Assembly: GCA_024404015.1 (NCBI GenBank)
Contig: JAKSQQ010000001.1
Location: 1 to 60,463, forward strand
Length of the DNA stretch: 60,463 nucleotides
Origin: Clostridia bacterium
GTDB taxonomy: Bacteria; Bacillota; Clostridia; Oscillospirales; Acutalibacteraceae
Reading direction: 5' to 3'
The notes below the pieces were generated by a model, which did not search any database, had not been told where the DNA came from, and saw only the letters and a list, made by a program, of their open reading frames with translations. This document shows positions 17,297 to 26,997 of this stretch, one piece after another. Numbering within the stretch: the stretch's first letter is position 1; each line of letters starts with the position of its first letter. The translations under genes and the position numbers were made by a program.

Positions 17297-19279
17297 GTGA
17301 GTGAAGATATTACCCGCTACGTTGAAGCCGCTGCTCAGGGCGACATCGAAGCTATCGGAAAGCTTTACGCAAAAACGTTAAAATCATCTTACTACCTTGC
17401 TCTCAGACTCAGTAACGATGCAGATGAAGCAGCTGAAATTACAAAGAATGCCTATGCAAGGGTTTTCTGTACGGTAGCCCGTCTCAAGAAGCCCGAAGCA
17501 TTTGAAATTTATATGAGGCAAAATATCGCCGCCGTTTACAAGGAAACTCAGAAGTTTACCTTTACGGATGCCGTTTCCGACGTTCCCGAAAGCGCTCTTG
17601 AGTTCCTTTCGGAGGATGTTTACGAGGATGAGGCAAAGGCAGCCGCGGCAGTCAATTCCGTTGCTTCCCTCAGCCCCGAGATGAGAAGCGCAGTTGTTCT
17701 CCATTATTTCAGCGGTATGCCCGTAGGCCCGATTTCAAGATACCTTAATGTTTCCGAAAGCACGGCAAATTCCGTTCTTTCAAGAGCAAAGGAAATTATT
17801 TTCAGGGATTCAGGAAGTCAGACACCTTTAACTGTTTCATCGGCACAGTATCCCGTTCTCAACAGAGTCTTCAAGCGTGATGCGGAGGATGTTTATATTG
17901 ACGGTGTGACCGTACGCGATATGTTCGCCTACGTTGTTGAAAAATACAATATCTACAAGCAGGCGGAGATTAAGAAGAATCCCTCCTTCGGTCAGGGACT
18001 TAAAAAGACGGACGAAACCGGTGTCAATATTCCCGCAAAATCCTCGGATAACGAGCTTGGTGCGTATAACTTCAAGAAAATCAACGACAATGATATGGAA
18101 GTTACCGACGTACCTTCCATGGTCAGACCCAAATCCGGTTTTGAGAAATTTGTTGACAATGCAAAGTCCTTTATTTCGGATATTCCTTCAAAGCTTAAGA
18201 AGTACAATCCGAAGTTCCTTGCAGTCTGCGGAGCGGGTGCCCTTGCACTTCTCATTCTCATAATCGTTCTCTGTGCGGTCCTGGGCGGCAGACAAAAGAA
18301 AGCGGACGTTGAGGTCAAATGGCAGGCAGGCGGATTTGAAGACTGCGCCGAAATTAAGTATATCAACGAGTATTTCTGCTCGTTCAAAGCAACCAACAAT
18401 AAATACGGTCTTATGGATTACGAGGGCAACGTTCTTGTTCAGCCCGCTTATGACAGTCAGTTTGTAAATTGCAGTCTCGGTAAGGATTACAGCGAAGCAA
18501 ACGGCGGTAGCGGTATGTATCACGTTTACGTCAATGTAAACGGCACCAAGACCTACGCCAAGTATTCCAACGGTACCGTTGAAATCAGCGAACAGCATCC
18601 CGACCATCCCACAGAGCATTCCGAGCTTGACAAGGACTTCAAATATGAAGAGAGAGACAGATTCTTTGAAGGACTTGCCGCCGCTCAGAATAAGAAAGGT
18701 AAGTGGGGTTATATAGACGATACCGGCAAGGAAGTAATTCCCTTTGACTATGATGCCGTTAATACTACGGATAAGTCAAATATCGCCGCCATGGACGTAT
18801 GCAGACCCTTCACCGACGGTTATGTTGCAGTCATGAAGGACGGTAAGATGGCAATTATCAATAAGGATAACGAGCTTGTTACCGACTTTGAATATTCCGA
18901 AATTCTTGCAGGCAAAAACGGTGTGTTTATTGCCAAGAAGGACGGTAAGTGGGGCTTTATCCTTGTAGGTGACGCTGTCAAGAACTTTAAGTCATCAGGT
19001 CCCGAAATCGTTACCACCACCGCACCCCAGACCGATGAAAACGGTGAGATTATCAATACCGATGCCATCGGTAAACACTATAAAGTAGTGGGTGACGGTG
19101 CCAACGTCAGAAGAACGCCCGGCTCAAAGGGTGAATGGATCGGCTCAAGGACTCCCGGCTCAATCGTAGAGGGTATTGCCGTTGAGAAGGACTCAAGAGG
19201 CAGAGAATGGCTTAAGATTGAAGTCAACGGCGGCGGATTCGGTTACATTTCAATGGGACTTCTTGAGGAAGTCAAATAA
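17297..19279 (+). CDS. Membrane-anchored fusion: degenerate ECF sigma-70-like domain, TM helix, WG repeats, SH3b domain
   Basis: aa 1-85 sigma2-like (AAAQGDIEAIGKLY...YYLAL...LKKPEAF); aa 120-170 sigma4-like (LSPEMRSAVVLHYFSG...LSRAK); TM aa 307-330; KYGLMDYEGNV, GKWGYIDDTGKEVIPFDY and GKWGFI repeats; C-terminal ANVRRTPG...WLKIEVNGGGFGYIS. Confidence 0.8.
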   Translation: MSEDITRYVEAAAQGDIEAIGKLYAKTLKSSYYLALRLSNDADEAAEITKNAYARVFCTVARLKKPEAFEIYMRQNIAAVYKETQKFTFTDAVSDVPESALEFLSEDVYEDEAKAAAAVNSVASLSPEMRSAVVLHYFSGMPVGPISRYLNVSESTANSVLSRAKEIIFRDSGSQTPLTVSSAQYPVLNRVFKRDAEDVYIDGVTVRDMFAYVVEKYNIYKQAEIKKNPSFGQGLKKTDETGVNIPAKSSDNELGAYNFKKINDNDMEVTDVPSMVRPKSGFEKFVDNAKSFISDIPSKLKKYNPKFLAVCGAGALALLILIIVLCAVLGGRQKKADVEVKWQAGGFEDCAEIKYINEYFCSFKATNNKYGLMDYEGNVLVQPAYDSQFVNCSLGKDYSEANGGSGMYHVYVNVNGTKTYAKYSNGTVEISEQHPDHPTEHSELDKDFKYEERDRFFEGLAAAQNKKGKWGYIDDTGKEVIPFDYDAVNTTDKSNIAAMDVCRPFTDGYVAVMKDGKMAIINKDNELVTDFEYSEILAGKNGVFIAKKDGKWGFILVGDAVKNFKSSGPEIVTTTAPQTDENGEIINTDAIGKHYKVVGDGANVRRTPGSKGEWIGSRTPGSIVEGIAVEKDSRGREWLKIEVNGGGFGYISMGLLEEVK

Positions 19280-19289
19280 TTAAACATCA

Positions 19290-19510
19290 AAAGCTATGAA
19301 GAAGAATAATCCGGTTTTGTCACACAGAGAGACTGCCGTCTGCTGAGAGGCAGTTGTGAATATGAAGCCGGAGGGCCGCTTCCGAGCTCTGCTCCGATGA
19401 GGAGCGGCGTTAATCACGTTAAGATTATTGAGAGGTGCAGCTGCACAATTCGGGTGGTACCGCGGTTCAATGAATCGTCCCGTCCAATTGGATTACTGCA
19501 CCTTTTTTCA
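19290..19510 (+). ncRNA. T-box riboswitch leader (Ala specifier)
   Basis: Stem I with AGAGA bulge and GCTGAG apical loop; GCC Ala specifier at 19375-19377; T-box AATTCGGGTGGTACCGCG with antiterminator partner CGTCCC; directly upstream of alaS. Confidence 0.92.
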
Positions 19511-19547
19511 ATTTATCTATATTTGTCCAACGGAGGTATATTTCATT

Positions 19548-22184
19548 ATGGAATGGATGGGTCTCAACGAGATAAGAGAAAAATATCTCGAATTTTATGA
19601 ATCCAAGGGACATTTGAGAATGCCCAGTTTTTCACTTGTTCCTCAGGGTGACAAGAGTCTGCTGCTTATCAACGCAGGCATGGCACCTCTGAAAAAATAT
19701 TTTACCGGTGAGCTTACTCCTCCCCGCAACAGAGTAACTACCTGCCAGAAGTGTATCCGTACTCCCGATATCGAGAGAGTCGGCGTTACCGCAAGACACG
19801 GCACCTACTTTGAAATGCTGGGTAACTTTTCATTCGGTGATTATTTCAAGAAGGAAGCTACAAGATGGGCATGGGAATTTTGCACCGAGGTTATGAAAAT
19901 GCCCGTTGACAAGATACACGTTACCGTTTATCAGGATGATGATGAAGCGTACGATATCTGGACAAAAGAAATCGGTGTAGCACCCGACCACGTTTCCCGT
20001 CTCGGTAAAGAGGATAATTTCTGGGAACACGGTGCAGGCCCCTGCGGTCCCTGCTCGGAGCTTTATTTTGACAGAGGCGAAAAGTACGGCTGCGGCTCAC
20101 CCGACTGTAAGGTCGGCTGTGACTGTGACAGATATACCGAATTCTGGAATCTTGTATTTACCCAGTTTGAAAATGACGGAAACAATAATTATACCCGTCT
20201 CAAAAACTGCAATATTGATACCGGCATGGGTCTTGAGCGTCTTGCCTGCATTATGCAGGGCGTTGACAATCTCTTTGAGGTTGATACCGTTCAGAACATC
20301 ATGAAGCACATCATTAAAAAAGCAGGTATCGAATATCACGTTGACGAAAAGAAGGACGTTTCTCTTCGTGTTATCACAGACCATATCAGAAGCACCACCT
20401 TCATGATAGGTGACGGCGTTATGCCTTCAAACGAGGGCAGGGGCTACGTGCTTCGCCGTCTTCTCAGAAGAGCCGCCCGCCATGGTAGATTACTGGGTAT
20501 TGAAGGCACCTTCCTCTATGAGGTTGCCGAAACGGTAATCAGCGAAAATGCAAACGCTTATCCCAATCTTGTTGAAAAGCACGACCTCATCGTAAAGGTT
20601 ATCAAGGCAGAGGAGGAGAGCTTCAATAAGACCGTTGATACCGGACTTATGCTTCTCGAGGATATTATCGCAAAGAATGATACAGGCGTTCTTTCCGGCG
20701 CCGATGCATTCAAGCTTCAGGATACCTTCGGCTTCCCCATTGACCTTACAGTTGAGCTTCTCAACGAAAAGGGTATGACTGTTGATATTGATGAATACCG
20801 CCGTCTTTATGCCGAGAGCAGAGCGGCCGCAAGAGCAGCCCGTAAGGATGCGGGTGCAGAGGCCTGGAAGGGCGGAAGCGCATCCCTTAAGGATATTGAA
20901 AAAACAGAGTTCTTTGGCTATTCCGACTATACCTGCGAGGGTACTGTAAAGGCAATTGTCGTAAACGGCGAAAGAGTTGACTTTGCAGACGCAGACAGTG
21001 AGGCCGCCATTGTTCTTGACAGAACCGTATTCTACGGTGAAAGCGGCGGTCAGGTAGGCGATACGGGCACTCTTACCTTCTCAAACGGAGCTGTATTTGA
21101 GGTTGAAGCCACCGCGAAGAACGGTGACGGAAACGTGCTTCATATCGGTAAGATTATTTCCGGCGAAAGCGTCGGCATCGGTGATAAGGCAAAGGCGGAA
21201 ATCAATGTTGATTCCCGTGAGGCAACCGCAAGAAATCACACCTCGGCCCACCTTCTTCAGGCGGCACTCAGAGAGCTTCTGGGTACTCACGTTGAGCAGG
21301 CAGGTCAGCTTGTAAATTCTAACGCAGTCAGATTTGACTTTACTCATTTCTCGGCTCTTACACCCGAAGAAATTCAGAAGGTTGAAAACAGAGTAAATGA
21401 GATTATTCTCTCCGCAGTTGACGTAACCGTTACCGAAATGGCTATTGAGGAAGCAAAGAAGCAGGGTGCAATGGCACTCTTCGGCGAGAAATACGGCGAT
21501 GTTGTACGCGTTGTCAAGGCAGGCGATTTCTCAACGGAGCTTTGCGGCGGTACTCATGTTTCAAATACCGGAAAAATCGGTCTGTTCAAGATTGTTTCCG
21601 AGTCCTCTGTTGCCGCAGGTGTACGCAGAATTGAAGGCGTAACGGGTAAGGGAGTAATTGAATATATCGCAAAGAATAACGAGCTTATCAGAAATACCGC
21701 CGCGGCAATGAAGCTTGCAAATACGGCTGATATTGACAAGAGAGCGGTTTCCCTTATGAATGAACTTAAGCAGTCGGAAAAGGAAATTGAAAAGCTCAGA
21801 GGTGAAATTTCCGCAATGAAGACCGGTGACCTTATGAATAATGCGGTTGAGGTGGGCTCATTCAAGCTCATTACCGCCACGGTTGAGGGCGTAAATCCCA
21901 GTGAATTGAGAAATATGTGCGATAAGGCAAAGGATGAGGATAACCTTGTTATCTTTATCTGCGGCATCAATGCAGAGCATAACGGTGCAAACTTCGCCTG
22001 TGCCTGCGGTAAGGGTGCGGTTGCAGGAGGTGCCCATGCGGGTAATCTCGTTAAGAAGATTGCAGGTCTTGCAGGCGGCTCCGGCGGCGGCAGACCCGAC
22101 AGCGCAATGGCAGGTACAAAGGATATTTCAAATCTTGATTCCGCAATGGCTGCGGTTGAAGATACTCTTAAAGAAATGGCATAA
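19548..22184 (+). CDS. alaS: Alanine--tRNA ligase
   Basis: NAGMAPLK, FEMLGNFSFGDYFK, DTGMGLER, editing HTSAH and ELCGGTH, C-terminal GGGRP; start at MEWMGL behind GGAGG. Confidence 0.99.
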   Translation: MEWMGLNEIREKYLEFYESKGHLRMPSFSLVPQGDKSLLLINAGMAPLKKYFTGELTPPRNRVTTCQKCIRTPDIERVGVTARHGTYFEMLGNFSFGDYFKKEATRWAWEFCTEVMKMPVDKIHVTVYQDDDEAYDIWTKEIGVAPDHVSRLGKEDNFWEHGAGPCGPCSELYFDRGEKYGCGSPDCKVGCDCDRYTEFWNLVFTQFENDGNNNYTRLKNCNIDTGMGLERLACIMQGVDNLFEVDTVQNIMKHIIKKAGIEYHVDEKKDVSLRVITDHIRSTTFMIGDGVMPSNEGRGYVLRRLLRRAARHGRLLGIEGTFLYEVAETVISENANAYPNLVEKHDLIVKVIKAEEESFNKTVDTGLMLLEDIIAKNDTGVLSGADAFKLQDTFGFPIDLTVELLNEKGMTVDIDEYRRLYAESRAAARAARKDAGAEAWKGGSASLKDIEKTEFFGYSDYTCEGTVKAIVVNGERVDFADADSEAAIVLDRTVFYGESGGQVGDTGTLTFSNGAVFEVEATAKNGDGNVLHIGKIISGESVGIGDKAKAEINVDSREATARNHTSAHLLQAALRELLGTHVEQAGQLVNSNAVRFDFTHFSALTPEEIQKVENRVNEIILSAVDVTVTEMAIEEAKKQGAMALFGEKYGDVVRVVKAGDFSTELCGGTHVSNTGKIGLFKIVSESSVAAGVRRIEGVTGKGVIEYIAKNNELIRNTAAAMKLANTADIDKRAVSLMNELKQSEKEIEKLRGEISAMKTGDLMNNAVEVGSFKLITATVEGVNPSELRNMCDKAKDEDNLVIFICGINAEHNGANFACACGKGAVAGGAHAGNLVKKIAGLAGGSGGGRPDSAMAGTKDISNLDSAMAAVEDTLKEMA

Positions 22185-22202
22185 TAAAGGAGAGGAATAA
22201 TC

Positions 22203-22541
22203 ATGGATTGTATTTTCTGTAAAATTGTATCAGGCGAAATTCCCTCTGCAAAGGTTTATGAGGATGATACCGTGGTTGCCTTCAATGACCTTGAGCCCCA
22301 GGCACCCGTTCACGTTCTCATCATTCCCAAAACCCACATCACCTCAATGGCGGATATCAATGAAGAAAATTCCGGTGTTGTTGCCCATATTTTTGAAGTT
22401 GCGGCAATCATCGCAAAGGAAAAAGGACTTGACGACGGCTTCCGTGTCGTATCAAACTGCGGCGATTCGGCAGGTCAGTCCGTAAAACATCTTCATTTTC
22501 ACCTTATGGGCGGCAGAACCTTCGGTTGGCCTGCCGGCTGA
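22203..22541 (+). CDS. Histidine triad (HIT/HINT) nucleotide-binding protein
   Basis: DCIFCKI, AGQSVKHLHFHLMGGR. Confidence 0.95.
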   Translation: MDCIFCKIVSGEIPSAKVYEDDTVVAFNDLEPQAPVHVLIIPKTHITSMADINEENSGVVAHIFEVAAIIAKEKGLDDGFRVVSNCGDSAGQSVKHLHFHLMGGRTFGWPAG

Positions 22542-22583
22542 TATGAATAATCTGTTTTGAAATTTATTTTAGGAGATAAGATT

Positions 22584-23123
22584 ATGGATAAATATTATAC
22601 CGTTGACATAGCAGGTATGAAGAGAGACCTTCTTCGCTGCCCGCTTAATGAGCATTTTGATATCGCCGCTTTCATTATTTTCGGCGACGTTGAGCTTACA
22701 GTACATTCTGCTGCGGAGCTTCTCAAGAGACTTCCCGAGTTTGATTACATCGTTACTCCCGAAGCAAAAAGCATTCCCCTTGCTTACGAAATGTCAAGAC
22801 AGAGCGGAAAGAAATATTTTGTAGCCCGCAAGAGAGCGAAGCTTTATATGAAAGACCCCGTAACGGTTAACGTCCGTTCCATTACCACCGATGCCGTTCA
22901 GACTCTTATTCTTGACGGCGTTGACGGTGAACAGATTAAGGGCAAAAAGGTTGTAATCCTTGATGACGTTATTTCAACGGGTGAATCCCTTAAAGCCATG
23001 GAGGAGCTTCTTTCAAAGTTTGACTGTGATATCGTTGCAAAAGCCGCCGTTCTTGCAGAGGGCGATGCCGCTGAGAGAGACGATATTACCTTCCTGGGTG
23101 TAATTCCTATTATAGAAAAATAA
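22584..23123 (+). CDS. Purine phosphoribosyltransferase (Apt-like)
   Basis: EAKSIP, VARK, PRPP loop VVILDDVISTGES; start at MDKYY behind AGGAG. Confidence 0.85.
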   Translation: MDKYYTVDIAGMKRDLLRCPLNEHFDIAAFIIFGDVELTVHSAAELLKRLPEFDYIVTPEAKSIPLAYEMSRQSGKKYFVARKRAKLYMKDPVTVNVRSITTDAVQTLILDGVDGEQIKGKKVVILDDVISTGESLKAMEELLSKFDCDIVAKAAVLAEGDAAERDDITFLGVIPIIEK

Positions 23124-23147
23124 TTTTCCGACTGGATGTGAACTCTT

Positions 23148-25352
23148 ATGCCGCGTCCGTTTGCCCTCATAGGCCTTACGGTATTCTTTGTTCTCGCGGT
23201 CCTTTACAATGCCCCTTCTCTGACGGTAATGATCGTTTTTCTTTCCGCGGTCACGGCATTGCTTTTGAGCGTTATCATCAGAAATATCCGCAGGCAGCCG
23301 GCTATACCGGTTGCCCTTGCGGGTACGGCGGTTGCCTGCCTGATGCTGATTCTCATGAATGAATTTTACTACTATCCTCAGTTAAAGCTTGCGGGCAGTA
23401 CCCACGATGCAAAAATCGTGGTTACCGACTTTCCCGAATATAATTACGGAAAGTATTACTATGAAGCGAAAGCCGTTGAAGCCGACGGTGAAAAATGCAG
23501 CGTTAAGCTTCGGCTTATGTTTACGGGTAAGCAGGATATTGCTCCCTACGACGAAATAAACGGCAATTTTTATTTCTATAAGTTAGGTGCCTCTTCAGAT
23601 GAAATGACGGCATCATATAAATCCGAAAATACCTTCATCGGTGCCAAAAGCGATACCGGTGAATTTATCATAAACAAAACCGATTCCTTCAGTATCGGCA
23701 GAGAGATTGCAAATCTCAGAAATAATATCGGCAGTTCGATTACCTGCGTGCTTCCCGGTGACCCGGGTGCATTGTCAAAGGCCCTTGTTCTGGGTGACAG
23801 AAGCGACCTTTCAAGGGAAGCGTATAATTGGCTGAAAAATTGCGGAATTACCCATGTTATATGCGTTTCGGGACTTCATATTTCCCTGTGGTCCCTTGCT
23901 TTGCTTTGGATTTTGAGGAAAATTAAATTGAAAGAAACGACGGCGTGTATCATAATGATTCCTGCCGAAATATTCTTTATGCTACTTACGGGCATGACCT
24001 ATTCGGTGGTCCGTGCGGGTATAATGATGATTATTTACCTGCTGTCGGTTATCCTTTCAAGAAGACACGATTCCCTCAATGCTCTGGGCGTTTCAATCTG
24101 TTTGATTACTGCGGTCAATCCTTTTTCGGCAGGGTCCGTCAGCTTACAGCTTTCGGTGCTTGCCACTTTGGGAATCATTCTGTGCAGTGAATACGTTTTG
24201 CCTTTAATAAGCAAAATTTCAGATAAGCATCACGGCTTTATCTACGTTGAAAAGCCCGTTAAAATGCTTCTAATTACGGCAAGCGCGGCCATGTTTACCG
24301 CTCCCGTATCCCTTTCCGTTTACGGAAGCTTCAATTTCAGCGTCTTTCCTTCAAATCTTATTATTGTGGGACTTGCGGAGGTGTGCATGATTTGTGCCGC
24401 GGTTGGTGCGGTAATTGCAATGATCAGCACCTCAATTGTCAATATTCCCGCTTTTATTGCAGGCGTAATTGCAAAATGTATACTTAAAATCGCTTCCTTT
24501 ATTTCCGAAAGCGGACTTTCCGAAATTCGGGTGAGCGAAAAGGACGCCTATATCATACTTTGCGTTATTTTTGCCGCGGCGGCTCTTTTTGCTCTCATTG
24601 AATATTCGGGAAAAAGAATTCTTGCTCCCGCTTCCGTGGCCCTGTGTCTGATTTTTGTCCTTTCGGTCTGCGGCTTCAGCTATGCCGATAAGCAGAGGAC
24701 GCGCATTACGGTTACGGATATCGGCAGAGGACTTACGGCGTTAATATCATATAAAAATGAAACTATATTATTGGGCTGTTCGGGTGATGACTACGACGGC
24801 GGCCACAAAATAAGTCAGGCGATGAATCTGTCCTCCGGTAAAATTGATGCTTTCATTCTGCCCGGAGACGGGGGCTTCAACCCGGATTATTATGACTCAA
24901 TAATGTCTTCGTTTGCTCCGGAAAAACTGTTCAGCAGCTCGGAGGATTACTCCGTCAGAGCGAAGCTCAGCAATCGGGAAAACGAAAAAATTACAGATGA
25001 ATATAACAGCGGAAATATTGAAATTTCCGTCTGTCACGACTCCTCCGACAGGGAGGCATATATAGTAAAAACCGATGAAATCAAGGCGCTTTTTCTGCCT
25101 TTATACGGCGTTGAAATCAGTTCTCTTGACAAGGAAACAAAGGATTGCGATGTTGTTGTCTGCAACGGAAAATATCCCGATGAATTTTTCTTTGACAACA
25201 TGGGAATGATAGTGATTTCAGATGACGAAAAGCATGGCTGTGAATATCAGAATCAGTTGATATCAAAGGGAATCAACTGCTGTGCCACCGCAGGAAACGG
25301 TGATATTTCAATCTACGGATTTAACGGAAAAATAAACGTTGAAAGAGGGTAA
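23148..25352 (+). CDS. comEC: ComEC/Rec2 DNA uptake channel
   Basis: OB-like domain, ALVLGD, GITHVICVSGLH, SVVRAGIM, LQLSVLAT; upstream of holA. Confidence 0.9.
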   Translation: MPRPFALIGLTVFFVLAVLYNAPSLTVMIVFLSAVTALLLSVIIRNIRRQPAIPVALAGTAVACLMLILMNEFYYYPQLKLAGSTHDAKIVVTDFPEYNYGKYYYEAKAVEADGEKCSVKLRLMFTGKQDIAPYDEINGNFYFYKLGASSDEMTASYKSENTFIGAKSDTGEFIINKTDSFSIGREIANLRNNIGSSITCVLPGDPGALSKALVLGDRSDLSREAYNWLKNCGITHVICVSGLHISLWSLALLWILRKIKLKETTACIIMIPAEIFFMLLTGMTYSVVRAGIMMIIYLLSVILSRRHDSLNALGVSICLITAVNPFSAGSVSLQLSVLATLGIILCSEYVLPLISKISDKHHGFIYVEKPVKMLLITASAAMFTAPVSLSVYGSFNFSVFPSNLIIVGLAEVCMICAAVGAVIAMISTSIVNIPAFIAGVIAKCILKIASFISESGLSEIRVSEKDAYIILCVIFAAAALFALIEYSGKRILAPASVALCLIFVLSVCGFSYADKQRTRITVTDIGRGLTALISYKNETILLGCSGDDYDGGHKISQAMNLSSGKIDAFILPGDGGFNPDYYDSIMSSFAPEKLFSSSEDYSVRAKLSNRENEKITDEYNSGNIEISVCHDSSDREAYIVKTDEIKALFLPLYGVEISSLDKETKDCDVVVCNGKYPDEFFFDNMGMIVISDDEKHGCEYQNQLISKGINCCATAGNGDISIYGFNGKINVERG

Positions 25353-25355
25353 ATT

Positions 25356-26393
25356 ATGCCTGAACTCACAGAGGCCGACCTTAAACTGAAAATTAAATCA
25401 GCTCCCGTTGGCGCATATCTTCTGTGCGGCGATGAGGATTATCTGATCAAGGTTTATACCGATAAGCTGATAAAGACCTGCGTTGATGAATCCTTTTATG
25501 ATTTCAACCTTCACGTTTTTGATAAGGAAGGCAAGGACGATAAGGACCTTTCGGAAATATATGAGAATGCCATGGCCGTTCCCATGATGGCTGAAAGTAA
25601 GTGCGTTCTCGTCAAGAATTATCCCGTTGAAGATTTGGATGAGGGGGACCTGAACGCCCTTCGTGAACTGCTTACGGATAATCCGGAGGATAACTGCCTT
25701 ATTTTCTCTTATCCTTCATCCCAACCGAAAGCAAAGGATTTAGCCCCGGTCGTCAAGCTTTTTTCGGAGTTTGGCTATGTTGTAAAGCTCAACAGAAAGA
25801 CCGCAAGTGAAATTTCCGCCATACTTGAAAGAGGTGCAGTCAAAAGAGGCAAGAAATTTGATAAGGGTGTTGCGAATTACCTTATCAACAGCGTGGGAAA
25901 CGACCTTAACCTCCTAAATAACGAGCTTGAAAAGGTCTGTGCCTACGGCGGTGACGTCATCACAAAATCCGACGTGGACGCGGTATGCATAAAATCTGTT
26001 GAAACCAAAGTATACGATATGATAAATGAGCTTACGTCGGGTAATTTTGATAAGGCGTTCCGTTTGCTTTCCGCCTTGTTTGCCCAGCGTGAGGACGAAT
26101 ATATGATACTGGGCGCAATTAATTCTCAGTACGCCGATATTTACAGAGCCAAGGCGGCGCGGAAGGCAGACAAGACCTTCGGTGAGCTTATTGCGGGCTA
26201 TCCCGCATACAAAGGAAAGGAATGGCGTCTTGATAAAATGAACAAATTTGCCGGTTCTCTGTCCTTTGAACAGCTTGCCCGTATTTTTGAAATTCTTGCC
26301 GATGCGGATACCGCACTTAAAAGCACGTCACGGGATAAAAAGCAGGTTCTTGAGCAGACCCTTGTGCTTCTGTCAAGGGCAAGCGGGAGATAA
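25356..26393 (+). CDS. holA: DNA polymerase III delta subunit
   Basis: YLLCGDEDYL, VPMMAE, NELEKV, D.ALKS; comEC-holA synteny. Confidence 0.9.
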   Translation: MPELTEADLKLKIKSAPVGAYLLCGDEDYLIKVYTDKLIKTCVDESFYDFNLHVFDKEGKDDKDLSEIYENAMAVPMMAESKCVLVKNYPVEDLDEGDLNALRELLTDNPEDNCLIFSYPSSQPKAKDLAPVVKLFSEFGYVVKLNRKTASEISAILERGAVKRGKKFDKGVANYLINSVGNDLNLLNNELEKVCAYGGDVITKSDVDAVCIKSVETKVYDMINELTSGNFDKAFRLLSALFAQREDEYMILGAINSQYADIYRAKAARKADKTFGELIAGYPAYKGKEWRLDKMNKFAGSLSFEQLARIFEILADADTALKSTSRDKKQVLEQTLVLLSRASGR

Positions 26394-26394
26394 T

Positions 26395-26997
26395 ATGATT
26401 AAAATCAAACAGGCGGTAATTGTAGAAGGGAAGTACGATAAAATCAAGCTTTCCAATATAATTGACGCCCCCATAATCTGTACCGAGGGATTCGGTATTT
26501 TTAAGGATAAGGAACGGCAGAAGCTTATCCGTATGCTGGCGGAAAAAAACGGCATCCTCGTGATTACCGACAGCGATTCGGCCGGCTTTATCATCAGAAA
26601 TTTCATCGGCTCTACCGTTGATAAAAAATATATTACAAATGCATATATCCCCGATATTTTCGGTAAGGAAAAACGCAAAACCGAGGCCTCAAAGGAAGGT
26701 AAGCTCGGTGTTGAAGGCGTACCCGAAAGTGTTATTCTGGAAGCGCTTGAGAGGGCGGGCGTGCTGTGTGAAAAGGCGGAAAAGCCCGCGAGACCCATCA
26801 CCAAGCAGGACCTTTACGAAATGGGTTACAGCGGAAAGCCGGACAGTGCTTCAAAAAGAAAAAAACTGCTTGAATTTTACAACCTTCCGCAACGCCTTAC
26901 CGCCAATTCACTGGTGCAGGTGCTCAACTGCATTACCACCTACGAGCGTTTATCGGAGGACGTGGCAAAAATGGAGGAATACCGATGCTCAGAATAG
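26395..26997 (+). CDS. rnmV: Ribonuclease M5 (TOPRIM, DUF4093)
   Basis: [23 protein letters not shown]; start set at MIKIKQ. Confidence 0.85.
   Translation: MIKIKQAVIVEGKYDKIKLSNIIDAPIICTEGFGIFKDKERQKLIRMLAEKNGILVITDSDSAGFIIRNFIGSTVDKKYITNAYIPDIFGKEKRKTEASKEGKLGVEGVPESVILEALERAGVLCEKAEKPARPITKQDLYEMGYSGKPDSASKRKKLLEFYNLPQRLTANSLVQVLNCITTYERLSEDVAKMEEYRCSE

Noticed and set aside
19428-19547. 40-aa N-terminal extension of AlaRS in the ORF track
   Set aside because: It lies within the T-box RNA; the ATG at 19548 has a GGAGG RBS and matches typical AlaRS N-termini.
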